From IMG/VR virus record IMGVR_UViG_3300010370_000005: a stretch of 40,532 nucleotides of DNA; one strand, given 5' to 3'. The position numbers and the translations under genes are program-made. Position 1 is the first letter of the stretch, and the number at the start of each line of letters is the position of its first letter. This document shows, piece after piece, positions 32,508 through 40,532 of the stretch. Origin of the DNA: a virus. The notes under the pieces were generated by a model that did not search any database, was not told where the DNA came from, and worked only from the letters and a program-made list of their open reading frames with translations.

Positions 32508-33257
32508 ATGGCAAAGAACGAAGTAGCTGAGAAGAAGCAGGGTGGCGCCCTGGCCGTGATCGATTTTGCAGCAGACGCTGGCATGGGTATGGAGGGAATG
32601 ACTAGCCAAGATATGGCTATTCCTTTCTTCAACATCTTGCAAAAGCTTTCGCCGCAACTAGACACGCTTACAAACGCGAAGGCCGGTATGATCTTCAACA
32701 CCGTGACTGAGGAAGTTTTTAAAGACATCACAGTCATTCCATGCGCTTACAAACGCGAGTTTGTTGAATGGAAACCACGTGAACAAGGTGGCGGTTTGGT
32801 TGGTCAACATGCCATCACGTCTGCTGCTGTAACAGAAGCAAAGAACGTCAATGGTAAGTTAACCACTGCGTCTGGCAACATCCTCGTTGAAACCGCGTAT
32901 CACTTTGTTTTGCGTGTTGAGTTAGATACGGGTCTCATGGAACCTGGTTTGATCACCATGAGCAGCACGCAGCTGAAGAAGAATCGTCGTTGGAATAGCT
33001 TGATGAACAACTTGAAGGTTCAAGGTCCATCAGGTCCTGTTACTCCTGCACGCTTCAGTCACATGTACAAGCTTGGTTCTGTTGCAGAACAGAACGACAA
33101 AGGTGCTTGGTCAGGTTGGACTATCGACATGGTAGGTCCTGTCTCTGAACCAGGTCTTTACCAAGCGGCTCGTGACTTTGCGCAGCAAGTAATGTCAGGT
33201 GCTGTGAAGACAGCAGCTCCTGAAGCTGAGCACACAGGCGAACACAACGCGTTTTAA
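32508..33257 (+). CDS. Possible ssDNA-binding / annealing protein (249 aa)
   Basis: Sits in the replication module. A conserved-looking core is AIPFFNILQKLSP...GMIFNTVT...VIPCAYKREFVEWKPRE. The mildly acidic C-terminus ends in Phe (PEAEHTGEHNAF), reminiscent of SSB tails. The function is an inference. Confidence 0.35.
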   Translation: MAKNEVAEKKQGGALAVIDFAADAGMGMEGMTSQDMAIPFFNILQKLSPQLDTLTNAKAGMIFNTVTEEVFKDITVIPCAYKREFVEWKPREQGGGLVGQHAITSAAVTEAKNVNGKLTTASGNILVETAYHFVLRVELDTGLMEPGLITMSSTQLKKNRRWNSLMNNLKVQGPSGPVTPARFSHMYKLGSVAEQNDKGAWSGWTIDMVGPVSEPGLYQAARDFAQQVMSGAVKTAAPEAEHTGEHNAF

Positions 33258-33265
33258 CGAAAGGG

Positions 33266-33291
33266 CCCGGGGTTCGCAGCCCCGGGTTTTT
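33266..33291 (+). terminator. Rho-independent terminator
   Basis: cccgggg-ttcgcag-ccccggg followed by ttttt, 8 nt after the stop at 33257. Confidence 0.75.
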
Positions 33292-33296
33292 AATTT

Positions 33297-34784
33297 ATGC
33301 TCATAGAAAATTTCATGGAAATTTTCGAGGGGCTGTCGCGAGCTCATGGTACTTACGCAATTAAGGGTAGTCGTCAGGACAATAAACTAACTGGCAAAGC
33401 TACTACGGTTCGTGAACCAGTCACCAAGGAGCTATGGCAACAGCATCTCGAAGGTAAGACAGGACTTGGCGTTATTCCAATTAACGACGAGTCATTGTGT
33501 AAGTTTGGTGCTATTGACATCGATACCTATGATGGCAGCATTGACTTACCTAAGATCAACGCAGCAATAGAAGAACTTAAAGTACCCCTGTTCCCCTGTG
33601 CCAGTAAGTCAGGCGGCATTCACCTGTACCTGTTCACTTGCGAGTGGGTAGAAGCTGGTCTCATTCAACAGAAGCTAAAAGACCTTGCAGCTTACATGGG
33701 ATACGGTGGCTGCGAAATTTTTCCGAAGCAAACGAAAATCCTCGCGGATCGTGGGGACATCGGTCAATGGATCAACATGCCTTATTTTGGCGACACACGT
33801 TGGTGCCAAGGCATGAAGCCAGAAGCCTTCATTGAGAAGGTCATGGCTAATCGCTTCACTGCTAAGCAACTCGAAGACTTAGTCATCAAGGTCAAGACAG
33901 ACTTTGAAGATGGTCCGCCTTGCTTGCAGCATCTTGCAACCAAAGGCTTTCCACAAGGGACTCGCAACAATGGCTTATTCAACATCGCTGTTTACTGTCG
34001 TAAGAAAAATCCAGACAACTGGGAAGGAGACTTGGAAGGCTTTAACGTCCAGCTTATGGAACCGCCTTTGTCCTCCTCCGAAGTACAAGGGGTCATTAAA
34101 TCTGCGAAGAGAAAAGATTATCAATACACTTGTAGTAAGCCTCCTATTGCTCCTTATTGTAATAGTGGCGTGTGCAAGCTTCGTAAGCATGGTATTGGGG
34201 CTAGCAGCGATATGCCTGCTGTTCACAGCCTCACAAAGTTTAACACTAACCCTCCCATTTGGTTCTTGGATATTGACGGTGGTGGTCGGCTGGAACTAGA
34301 GACCGATGACTTGCACAATCAACGTCGCTTCCAACGTAAGTGTATGGAGCGATTGAACGTGCTGCCTGCCAAGATGAATGACATCGCTTGGACTAAGCTC
34401 ATCAATCACTTGCTTGAGAACCTGACAGTCATTGAAGCACCACCTGATGCGTCACCAGTAGGTCAGTTGTTCGAGTACATTGAACGCTTCTGTACGGGTC
34501 GTGTGCAAGCCAAAGCCAAGGAAGAGATTCTGCTTGGTAAGCCTTGGTCTGATGCTGGCAAACACTTTTTCAGGATGGCTGACTTGATGGCGTTCTTAGA
34601 TCGTCACCACTTCAGAGATTACAAGGTGCACCAGGTAACTTCGATCTTGCGTGAGAACGGTGCTGAGCATCACTTCTTCAACATCAAAGGGAAGGGCATT
34701 AACTTGTGGGCAGTTGAAGCTTTTGAGAAGCATCAAGGCGACTTCGACACTCCTGAGTTATCTGACAACAAGGAAATCTTTTGA
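33297..34784 (+). CDS. Archaeo-eukaryotic-type primase-polymerase (prim-pol), 495 aa, with no helicase domain
   Basis: The AEP motifs GVIPINDES..FGAIDIDTYD (DxD) and SKSGGIHLYLF (sGGxH) are present, and no Walker A motif occurs anywhere in the ORF. The start is uncertain because there is no SD right after the terminator. Confidence 0.7.
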   Translation: MLIENFMEIFEGLSRAHGTYAIKGSRQDNKLTGKATTVREPVTKELWQQHLEGKTGLGVIPINDESLCKFGAIDIDTYDGSIDLPKINAAIEELKVPLFPCASKSGGIHLYLFTCEWVEAGLIQQKLKDLAAYMGYGGCEIFPKQTKILADRGDIGQWINMPYFGDTRWCQGMKPEAFIEKVMANRFTAKQLEDLVIKVKTDFEDGPPCLQHLATKGFPQGTRNNGLFNIAVYCRKKNPDNWEGDLEGFNVQLMEPPLSSSEVQGVIKSAKRKDYQYTCSKPPIAPYCNSGVCKLRKHGIGASSDMPAVHSLTKFNTNPPIWFLDIDGGGRLELETDDLHNQRRFQRKCMERLNVLPAKMNDIAWTKLINHLLENLTVIEAPPDASPVGQLFEYIERFCTGRVQAKAKEEILLGKPWSDAGKHFFRMADLMAFLDRHHFRDYKVHQVTSILRENGAEHHFFNIKGKGINLWAVEAFEKHQGDFDTPELSDNKEIF

Positions 34785-36241
34785 CCTGGACAATTATCTT
34801 CGGGCCGCCAGGGACAGGCAAAACGACTGCAGGGATGCGGTTCATTGAAGACCGTCTGGAGAAGGGGATGAAGCCAGAGCGTATCGGGTACATTGCATTT
34901 ACCAAAAAGGCGGCGAATGAGGCACGGTCCAGAGCTGCGGAGCGTTTTGGTTTTACCAAGGACGACATGCTTTACTTCCGAACCATTCATAGTCTTGCCT
35001 TCTTGCAGTTAGGTATGAAGCCCAGTGCTATGCTGCAGCGCACGAACTACAAAGAACTTGGCGAGAAGCTTGGCATTGAGGTCAGTGGATACTCTAACAC
35101 AGAGGACGGATTGTTGCAGGGAATGCCCTTAGGCGACCGGTACTTCTTCCTTGATAACCTAGCCAGGATTACAAGGCAACCGTTGAGAAAGATCTACGAG
35201 GATTCAGGTGACGACGAGATCGACTGGTATGAACTAGACCGGGTTTCAAGGACCTTGGTGCAGTACAAGCAGATTCACGGACTGATGGACTTCACTGACT
35301 TGCTTGAGGTCTGGCTTGAACGCGGCATTGTGCCTAAATTAGATGCTGTCTTCGTTGACGAGGCTCAAGACTTGTCGATGCTGCAGTGGGACGTTGTAGA
35401 AAAACTAACTAGAAATGTGGAGGACAAATATGTCGCAGGTGACGACGATCAAGCTATCTATCGATGGGCCGGAGCAGCTGTTGAAAAAATTATACATCTC
35501 CCAGGCAAGCGTATTATCTTGGATCAATCATATCGAGTCCCAAGAGCCGTACATAAACTGGCAAGTTCTGTCATCTCAGTCGTCCCGAACCGTGTGCCCA
35601 AACGATTCAGGCCAGCTGAGTCTGAAGGTGGAGTTCACTGGCATCACAACCCGGACGAAGTCGACCTGAGCAAGGGTTCGTGGTTGCTGCTTGCCAGGAA
35701 TAGCTACCTGACGTCGCAACTAGAAGACCTTTGCTTGGTGGCAGGCTACCCCTTCCAGTCGTTGAAGAAGAATCCACTCGACTCAGACAGCTTGAAAGCA
35801 ATAATTGCGTGGACAAGGATTTGTCGCGGTGAGCGGATAGATGGCGAGGCATTAAGATTGATCTATCGGTTCATGGGAATTAGAAAGAGAACCGACAAAG
35901 AAAGAATATACGAACTGAAAGACACGGGTCTTGAACCAGGGATCTGGCACGAGAAGCTAGTCTATATACCAGCAGCCGAACGAGAGTTCTACATCTCTGC
36001 TCGTAGACAAGGCGAAACTTTGACCGGAGAACCACGGATCAAGATCAACACCATTCACGCTGTCAAAGGCGGTGAAGCAGACAACGTGCTGATGCTGACA
36101 GACATGGCAGCCAGATCGTATAAGTACATGCAGCAGTACCCGGACGACGAAGCTCGGGTGTTTTACGTGGGAATGACTAGGGCGAAGCAGAACTTGCATC
36201 TGATCCAGCCGCAAACTAGACTTTTCTACGAAATCGGATGA
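34781..36241 (+). CDS. Superfamily 1 (UvrD/Rep-like) DNA helicase (486 aa), TTG start
   Basis: Walker A is IIFGPPGTGKTT, motif II is VFVDEAQDL, motif III is GDDDQAIYRWAGA, then QSYRVPR, TIHAVKGGEAD and FYVGMTRAKQNLHL. The first in-frame ATG lies downstream of the P-loop, so the TTG at 34781 (overlapping the upstream TGA) is the plausible start. Confidence 0.85.
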   Translation: MTWTIIFGPPGTGKTTAGMRFIEDRLEKGMKPERIGYIAFTKKAANEARSRAAERFGFTKDDMLYFRTIHSLAFLQLGMKPSAMLQRTNYKELGEKLGIEVSGYSNTEDGLLQGMPLGDRYFFLDNLARITRQPLRKIYEDSGDDEIDWYELDRVSRTLVQYKQIHGLMDFTDLLEVWLERGIVPKLDAVFVDEAQDLSMLQWDVVEKLTRNVEDKYVAGDDDQAIYRWAGAAVEKIIHLPGKRIILDQSYRVPRAVHKLASSVISVVPNRVPKRFRPAESEGGVHWHHNPDEVDLSKGSWLLLARNSYLTSQLEDLCLVAGYPFQSLKKNPLDSDSLKAIIAWTRICRGERIDGEALRLIYRFMGIRKRTDKERIYELKDTGLEPGIWHEKLVYIPAAEREFYISARRQGETLTGEPRIKINTIHAVKGGEADNVLMLTDMAARSYKYMQQYPDDEARVFYVGMTRAKQNLHLIQPQTRLFYEIG

Positions 36242-36271
36242 CTAGGATGATCCTAGAGAACGGGAAAAATT

Positions 36272-37720
36272 ATGGACCATAGCAACATATACCCATTTAA
36301 GACAAAGCCATACGCTCATCAAGCCACAGCCTGGGCCATGTCCAAAGAAAAAGACGAGTTTGCCTTGTTCATGGAGATGGGAACTGGTAAGACGAAGGTA
36401 GCAATTGATTCGATCGCGTACCTTTACGACTCAGGTCGGATTAACTCCGCTCTTATTGTCGCGCCCAAGGGTGTCTACATGAACTGGGTGAACAAGGAAA
36501 TACCGACGCACTTGCCTGACCACATCCAGTACAAGATTGCCAGCTGGCACGCCAGCCCTAGGAAAGCAGAACAAGAAGCTCTTGATGAGATCATGCGGCC
36601 ATCAGACGATCTTCGGATCTTTATCATGAACGTCGAAGCATTCTCCACGGACCGTGGTACCAAGTTCGCCAAGACCTTCATGGACATTGGTGGCCGTGTT
36701 GCCATGATTGTGGACGAGTCTACGACGATCAAGAACCCTGGAGCGCAGCGCACGAAGAACGTGATCAGGGTCGGAACCTATGCCAAGTACCGACGCATCT
36801 TGACAGGCGAACCAGTGACGCGTAGTCCTCTGGACGTGTACAGTCAGGCTCAGTTCTTGAACCCGCACTTGCTAGGCTTCAGCAGCTACTACACGTTCCG
36901 CAACCGGTATGCGATTCTTGTCGACATCAAGTCTGGCAACCGTACCTTTAAGAAGGTCGTAGGCTTCAGGCAACTCGATGAATTGACTAAGCTGCTGCAG
37001 CAGTTTTCGTATCGCGTCAAGAAGTCTGATTGTCTTGATCTGCCTCCGAAGGTCTATCAGTACCGGTACGTTGAGTTGACTCCAGAGCAGAAGAAGCTCT
37101 ACAAGCAACTGTCTGACACGGCCATTGCGACGCTGCAAGGTAAGGCCTTGACAGTAGACAACGTGCTGACAGAGATTCTTCGGTTGCACCAGATCACGTG
37201 TGGACACTTTAAGTCAGACGATGGTGAGATCGTCGACGTGCCGAACAACCGCTTGTCTGAACTGATGGACGTCTTAGACGAGGCCGACGACAAGGTTATC
37301 ATCTGGGCGAACTACGTGACAGACATTAAACGGATTGAGGAAGCCCTGACCAAGACCTATGGACCGCAGTCCGTGGTTAGTTACTATGGAGCAACTAGTA
37401 CTGATGATAGGTCTGAGGCAGTCAAGCGTTTCCAAGATGATCCTGGTGTAAGATTCTTTGTAGGCAACCCGGCCACGGGAGGCTACGGTATTACTTTGAC
37501 CGCAGCCACGATGGTTGTCTACTTCTCAAATAGCTATAACCTTGAACATCGGATCCAGTCAGAGGACCGTGCTCACCGTATCGGTCAGACCAAGTCAGTG
37601 AACTACGTAGACCTCTGTGTGCCTGGTACGATTGACGAGAAGATCATCAAGGCCTTGCGCGAGAAGAAGAACATTGCAGCCCAGGTCCTTGGCGAGGATA
37701 TTACTTCTTGGTTAAGCTAA
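36272..37720 (+). CDS. SNF2-family (superfamily 2) helicase / DNA translocase (482 aa)
   Basis: Motif I is FMEMGTGKT and motif II is MIVDESTTIKN. The C-terminal helicase lobe has FFVGNPATGGYGITLT and SEDRAHRIGQTKSV. Confidence 0.85.
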   Translation: MDHSNIYPFKTKPYAHQATAWAMSKEKDEFALFMEMGTGKTKVAIDSIAYLYDSGRINSALIVAPKGVYMNWVNKEIPTHLPDHIQYKIASWHASPRKAEQEALDEIMRPSDDLRIFIMNVEAFSTDRGTKFAKTFMDIGGRVAMIVDESTTIKNPGAQRTKNVIRVGTYAKYRRILTGEPVTRSPLDVYSQAQFLNPHLLGFSSYYTFRNRYAILVDIKSGNRTFKKVVGFRQLDELTKLLQQFSYRVKKSDCLDLPPKVYQYRYVELTPEQKKLYKQLSDTAIATLQGKALTVDNVLTEILRLHQITCGHFKSDDGEIVDVPNNRLSELMDVLDEADDKVIIWANYVTDIKRIEEALTKTYGPQSVVSYYGATSTDDRSEAVKRFQDDPGVRFFVGNPATGGYGITLTAATMVVYFSNSYNLEHRIQSEDRAHRIGQTKSVNYVDLCVPGTIDEKIIKALREKKNIAAQVLGEDITSWLS

Positions 37721-38164
37721 CTCAAAGTGTGGGCCATCAATGAATGGTCGCTTGTTCTGCTTGCGTCGCTCATCAATGTAGTAGTTCATGGCTTCCTCCA
37801 TGGTACCTCGCCAAGCGCGAATATCTGGAATATTCCAGGCAGCACCCCAACGGATAGGTACTGCTAGTTCAATGGCTGCAGCCTTCATAGCGTCTGCTAA
37901 GTCGTCGTACACGTTAAGTTCCCAGCAGACCGTACCGCCGACGTAGGCTACGAGGTCCACGGCTTTTCCATCGATATGCTTGGAGCTCATGGTCTGGCTC
38001 TTGCCAGCTTCAAAGTACTCACGCTGCTTCTCAATGGTCCGCAGTCCTTCAGTCACGCCAAAGTCTACCTTGGTGTAATCAATAGCTAGTTTAACTACCT
38101 GTGCTAGCTTTGGATCTATGCCAACTAGCTTGTCCAAGCTTTTCTGCGATAGATGGAAGCTCAT
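37712..38164 (-). CDS. Endolysin, peptidase M15 (LAS-type zinc peptidase, L-alanyl-D-glutamate / VanY-like), 150 aa
   Basis: Start refined to MSFHLSQKSL, whose ATG shares one base with the holin stop (TAATG). Motifs are FGVTEGLRT..EQ, SKHIDGKAVDL and IDGPHFE. Confidence 0.8.
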   Translation of the reverse strand: MSFHLSQKSLDKLVGIDPKLAQVVKLAIDYTKVDFGVTEGLRTIEKQREYFEAGKSQTMSSKHIDGKAVDLVAYVGGTVCWELNVYDDLADAMKAAAIELAVPIRWGAAWNIPDIRAWRGTMEEAMNYYIDERRKQNKRPFIDGPHFELA

Positions 38165-38580
38165 TACTTTTTCTCCGTGTCTTTTTTGTTGGCATTCATT
38201 TCCATGATCTTCTCTAAGGTGCGACCACCAAAGTAGAAGGACATGATGAGCATACCCCACTGACCAAGCAACTCGACGTACGCCTGGTTAACACTAATGT
38301 TAAAGGCAGAACCAGTGGCAAACAGGGAGTATGCGCCAAGGATAAAGATCAAAGTAAGCGGTCGGATATTCTTACTCAGCCAAGAGTCACTGGCCATGTC
38401 AGCAGCCTGACGCTTGGTAAGTTCTTGTGCTTCAATGTTGTCAGCGGTAAGTTCTGCCAGCCGACCTTCTTGCTGCATGCGCAGTAGTTCTTGCTGGGCT
38501 TTTGCCTTCATCTCCGGGTCTGGTACAAACTTATCCAGAACCTTCATTCCAATTCCAAGGAGTGCGTCTAATCCAAGCAT
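38164..38580 (-). CDS. Holin, 3-TM 'GTA-release' type (138 aa)
   Basis: The N-terminus LDKFVPDPEMKAKAQQELLRMQQE and the later hydrophobic segments match my recollection of the Holin_3TM (gene-transfer-agent release) family. The gene lies immediately upstream of the endolysin. Confidence 0.65.
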   Translation of the reverse strand: MLGLDALLGIGMKVLDKFVPDPEMKAKAQQELLRMQQEGRLAELTADNIEAQELTKRQAADMASDSWLSKNIRPLTLIFILGAYSLFATGSAFNISVNQAYVELLGQWGMLIMSFYFGGRTLEKIMEMNANKKDTEKK

Positions 38581-38595
38581 ACTGTCCGCCTTTCT

Positions 38596-39111
38596 CTAGG
38601 TTATCAAATACAGCACGGCTGCTATGATTGCCACAATCAATGTGGCTAGGATCAATATCAGTGCGGCTACTTCGTCTTCTTCTCTTTGTTTGGCTTTTAC
38701 CTTCCTGGCGCGAGCTTCTTTCTCGCGTTCAAGACGTTCTTGCTCCGCTATCTCTTCGCGGATTCTACGTCTTTCGGCTTGGAAGTCCTCCCACAACCCC
38801 GGTAACGGCGTGTGGTATATCAGCAACTCCTTCAACTCCTGTTCAAACTGTTGAAGTTGTCTTACTCGCATTACGTTATCCAGGGCTTGAGCGTTCACTG
38901 ATTTTGTTTTAACCAGTTTGCCCTCTATCTCTACCCCAGCTTTACAAACATGTTCTTGTGCTTCAAAGAAGGCACCTAAGTGGCTGGTGACTTCATGAGC
39001 AATCCCGCTCAGATCCTTGCCTACTGCCTTGGCATCCTTATATAGACTGACACAGGCTTTGACACCAGCAACCGCTGCTTGAGCTGCCGCAAATGCGGTT
39101 ACTGGGTCCAT
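38596..39111 (-). CDS. Tail-anchored coiled-coil membrane protein (171 aa), lysis-cassette associated
   Basis: The charged coiled-coil segment is RRRIREEIAEQERLEREKEARARKVKAKQREEDE, followed by a C-terminal TM helix (VAALILILATLIVAIIAAVLYLI). No SD is present. Confidence 0.5.
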   Translation of the reverse strand: MDPVTAFAAAQAAVAGVKACVSLYKDAKAVGKDLSGIAHEVTSHLGAFFEAQEHVCKAGVEIEGKLVKTKSVNAQALDNVMRVRQLQQFEQELKELLIYHTPLPGLWEDFQAERRRIREEIAEQERLEREKEARARKVKAKQREEDEVAALILILATLIVAIIAAVLYLIT

Positions 39112-39122
39112 ACATGCTTGGC

Positions 39123-39296
39123 CTATTTAAGTTTAAGTGCAATAGCAACTAAGGCTGCAATGACAAACCCTGCGCTGCCGATCAAAATACTCTCAAGCCT
39201 CTTGAGACGCGCGTTGATTGCGTCGTAGCGTAAGGCACATAGTTCTTCGTGCGAGTCCAAACGTGCCTCCGTCTTAGAAATCATTTCGTCTTTCAT
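39123..39296 (-). CDS. Small tail-anchored membrane protein (57 aa; below the ORF-track cut-off)
   Basis: A ggagag SD lies 7 nt before the minus-strand ATG at 39296. It translates as MKDEMISKTEARLDSHEELCALRYDAINARLKRLESILIGSAGFVIAALVAIALKLK. Confidence 0.5.
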   Translation of the reverse strand: MKDEMISKTEARLDSHEELCALRYDAINARLKRLESILIGSAGFVIAALVAIALKLK

Positions 39297-39301
39297 CGCA
39301 A

Positions 39302-39667
39302 TTACTCTCCGAACAACGCGTCAATGTCTGCTTGTTTGACTGCAACCATCGCTGCAATGTCATCAAGTACAGCAGCATCACGAAGACGATTGGCTTGCAA
39401 CTCATCGTCAACGGTGTACTTAGCACGAATAGTTCTAGGGATCGAACCCCTGATTGACTGAACACGTGGGCTGTTAGCCTTGCACCAGGTGACATCAGCC
39501 GCGTCGCACGTAACCCAGTTATCATCTTGGGCAGCGTTGAACACAGCCAGGCAAGCGTCATCCATCGACGCATAGGTCACGTTGTCCTTGCTGCCATGCC
39601 AAATGGGCGCGTTACCGAACCCGGCTTGAGGGTGAACGTACTCACCCGTGAATTTATAAAGTTTCAT
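39302..39667 (-). CDS. Hypothetical protein downstream of the tail fibre gene (121 aa; possible fibre accessory protein)
   Basis: The ORF lies 10 nt after the fibre stop with an aaggagaac SD. The function is guessed from position only. Confidence 0.45.
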   Translation of the reverse strand: MKLYKFTGEYVHPQAGFGNAPIWHGSKDNVTYASMDDACLAVFNAAQDDNWVTCDAADVTWCKANSPRVQSIRGSIPRTIRAKYTVDDELQANRLRDAAVLDDIAAMVAVKQADIDALFGE

Positions 39668-39677
39668 CTTGTTCTCC

Positions 39678-40532
39678 TTATGGGTTTATGACCATGAAGC
39701 GGCCGTTGAAACCGGCGTCACTTGAAAATTCGCCTTCGCCGTTGCTGCCCATGTGCAAGACTCGACCGTCAGACATCAAGAATTGCAAGTTAAAGCTTGA
39801 GCCATACGGGTACGCAGAAGCGCGGTAATCAACAATGGTTTGGTGTACGCCGCAGGCCGAACCATCTTCAGAGGCCCAAGGTCCTGGCAGCAAGACAGGG
39901 CGGCTATATGAAACGGTTGTATTGTCGCTGCGGTAAGTACCCATGTTCACACCGTAGCCTAGCAAGTACATGCGTCCGGTTGAGTCTTGCACCATCCACC
40001 CGGTTCCCGCTTCACTGTAAACGTAGGGGAAGATACGAGTAATTGAACCTCTTGGAAACACGCGGTCACTGTTGGTCGTTACCCCTGCGATGTAGGTAAA
40101 AGTCCTATTGCGAGTCGTGTCGCAAATAGCCCCTGGTTGCGTAGGACTTGACGAGTTAGTCGTCGTGCCGTTACCAAATTGACCGTTGCCGTTGTAACCC
40201 CAGCAGTACAAGTTGCCGGGAAAGCTAACGTACGGCGCAGTACCTAAGAAGGTGTCTGGGTTACCCTCAATGGCGGCGACCGTTACGTACTGAGAACAAC
40301 CGTTTACGTAGAACTCAGCAAAGGTTTGCGAGGTTCCGCAGCGCACAAAAGCGCTTTGGTTTGTTGTGTTGCCGTTACCAAGGTTGCCGTATGGGTTGTA
40401 ACCGCAACCATACAGTTCACCGTTGTTCTTCAGGTAATAGAAGCAACCGTAGTAGTTCCAACCACCTGAGTAGTATGAACCAGTGTGCACTTCAACGTCG
40501 TAAACGTTGGTGGCTCCACTCACAATCTGCGG
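39678..40532 (-). CDS. Tail fibre with RCC1-like repeats, C-terminal part (same gene as 1-1269; 40410-40532 duplicates 1-123)
   Basis: Open frame with blades CGYNPYGNLGNGNTT and WGYNGNGQFGNGTTT, stop at 39678. The track M at 40523 is an internal GTG, not a real start. Confidence 0.85.
   Translation of the reverse strand, partial: PQIVSGATNVYDVEVHTGSYYSGGWNYYGCFYYLKNNGELYGCGYNPYGNLGNGNTTNQSAFVRCGTSQTFAEFYVNGCSQYVTVAAIEGNPDTFLGTAPYVSFPGNLYCWGYNGNGQFGNGTTTNSSSPTQPGAICDTTRNRTFTYIAGVTTNSDRVFPRGSITRIFPYVYSEAGTGWMVQDSTGRMYLLGYGVNMGTYRSDNTTVSYSRPVLLPGPWASEDGSACGVHQTIVDYRASAYPYGSSFNLQFLMSDGRVLHMGSNGEGEFSSDAGFNGRFMVINP
40410..40532. repeat. Window-end duplication, copy 2 (identical to 1-123)
   Basis: Exact 123-nt match to the window start. 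Confidence 0.95.

Noticed and set aside
35415-36214. Internal ORFs within the SF1 helicase gene (35415-35669 plus strand; 35607-35852 and 35957-36214 minus strand)
   Set aside because: They are alternative-frame shadows of a gene whose main frame contains the full set of SF1 helicase motifs.
38165-38260. N-terminal extension of the endolysin ORF in the track (start at 38260), and similar extensions at 21669, 22226, 22518, 23223, 23425, 26332, 28566, 28969 and 11481
   Set aside because: The extended parts overlap the preceding gene out of frame and lack an SD. Internal ATGs with aaaggag-type SDs or ATGA/TAATG coupling give the expected compact gene arrangement.
1-40532. CRISPR arrays, rRNA, an integrase/repressor lysogeny module, transposases
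   Set aside because: I found no regularly spaced direct repeats and no tyrosine- or serine-recombinase motifs in any long ORF. Every large ORF is accounted for by virion, lysis, replication or nucleotide-metabolism functions, so the phage appears strictly lytic.

Overview
The window is a complete, circularly closed genome of a tailed dsDNA phage. The unit length is 40,409 bp, and bases 1-123 are repeated exactly at 40410-40532. I found no tRNA, rRNA, CRISPR array, integrase or phage RNA polymerase. Two gene arms diverge from a 638-bp non-coding region (21031-21668). The minus-strand arm carries terS, terL, a GNAT, the portal, scaffold, capsid and a decoration-like protein. It continues with an adaptor, a nozzle, four internal (ejection) proteins and two tail-fibre genes, then ends in a lysis cassette (37712-39296). 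The order from portal to fibre matches T7 gp8-gp17, and the large RCC1-repeat fibre gene wraps the window junction. The plus-strand arm carries small AT/purine-rich early genes, a DUF932 protein and a tightly coupled nucleotide-metabolism operon. That operon encodes a SAM methyltransferase, a MazG-like enzyme, a Tmk-like kinase fused to a UDG-fold domain, a thymidylate-synthase-fold enzyme and a dCMP deaminase. Downstream come PolA, a VRR-NUC-like nuclease, an SSB-like protein, an AEP prim-pol, an SF1 helicase and an SNF2 helicase. The two arms converge and overlap by 9 bp at 37712-37720. There are two leading candidates for something new. (1) The 25439-29198 operon looks like a DNA pyrimidine (probably cytosine) modification pathway. 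Its TS-fold enzyme has the cytosine-specifying Asp of T4 dCMP hydroxymethylase, and it sits next to an unusual kinase-UDG fusion and a small-molecule-type methyltransferase. (2) The ejection-protein module appears to carry host-modifying enzyme domains. The 1158-aa protein in the gp16 position has a clear R-S-ExE ADP-ribosyltransferase domain plus a PI3/4-kinase-like signature, and a GNAT-like protein sits in the gp13 position. All functional calls come from motif reading by eye; no database search was possible.
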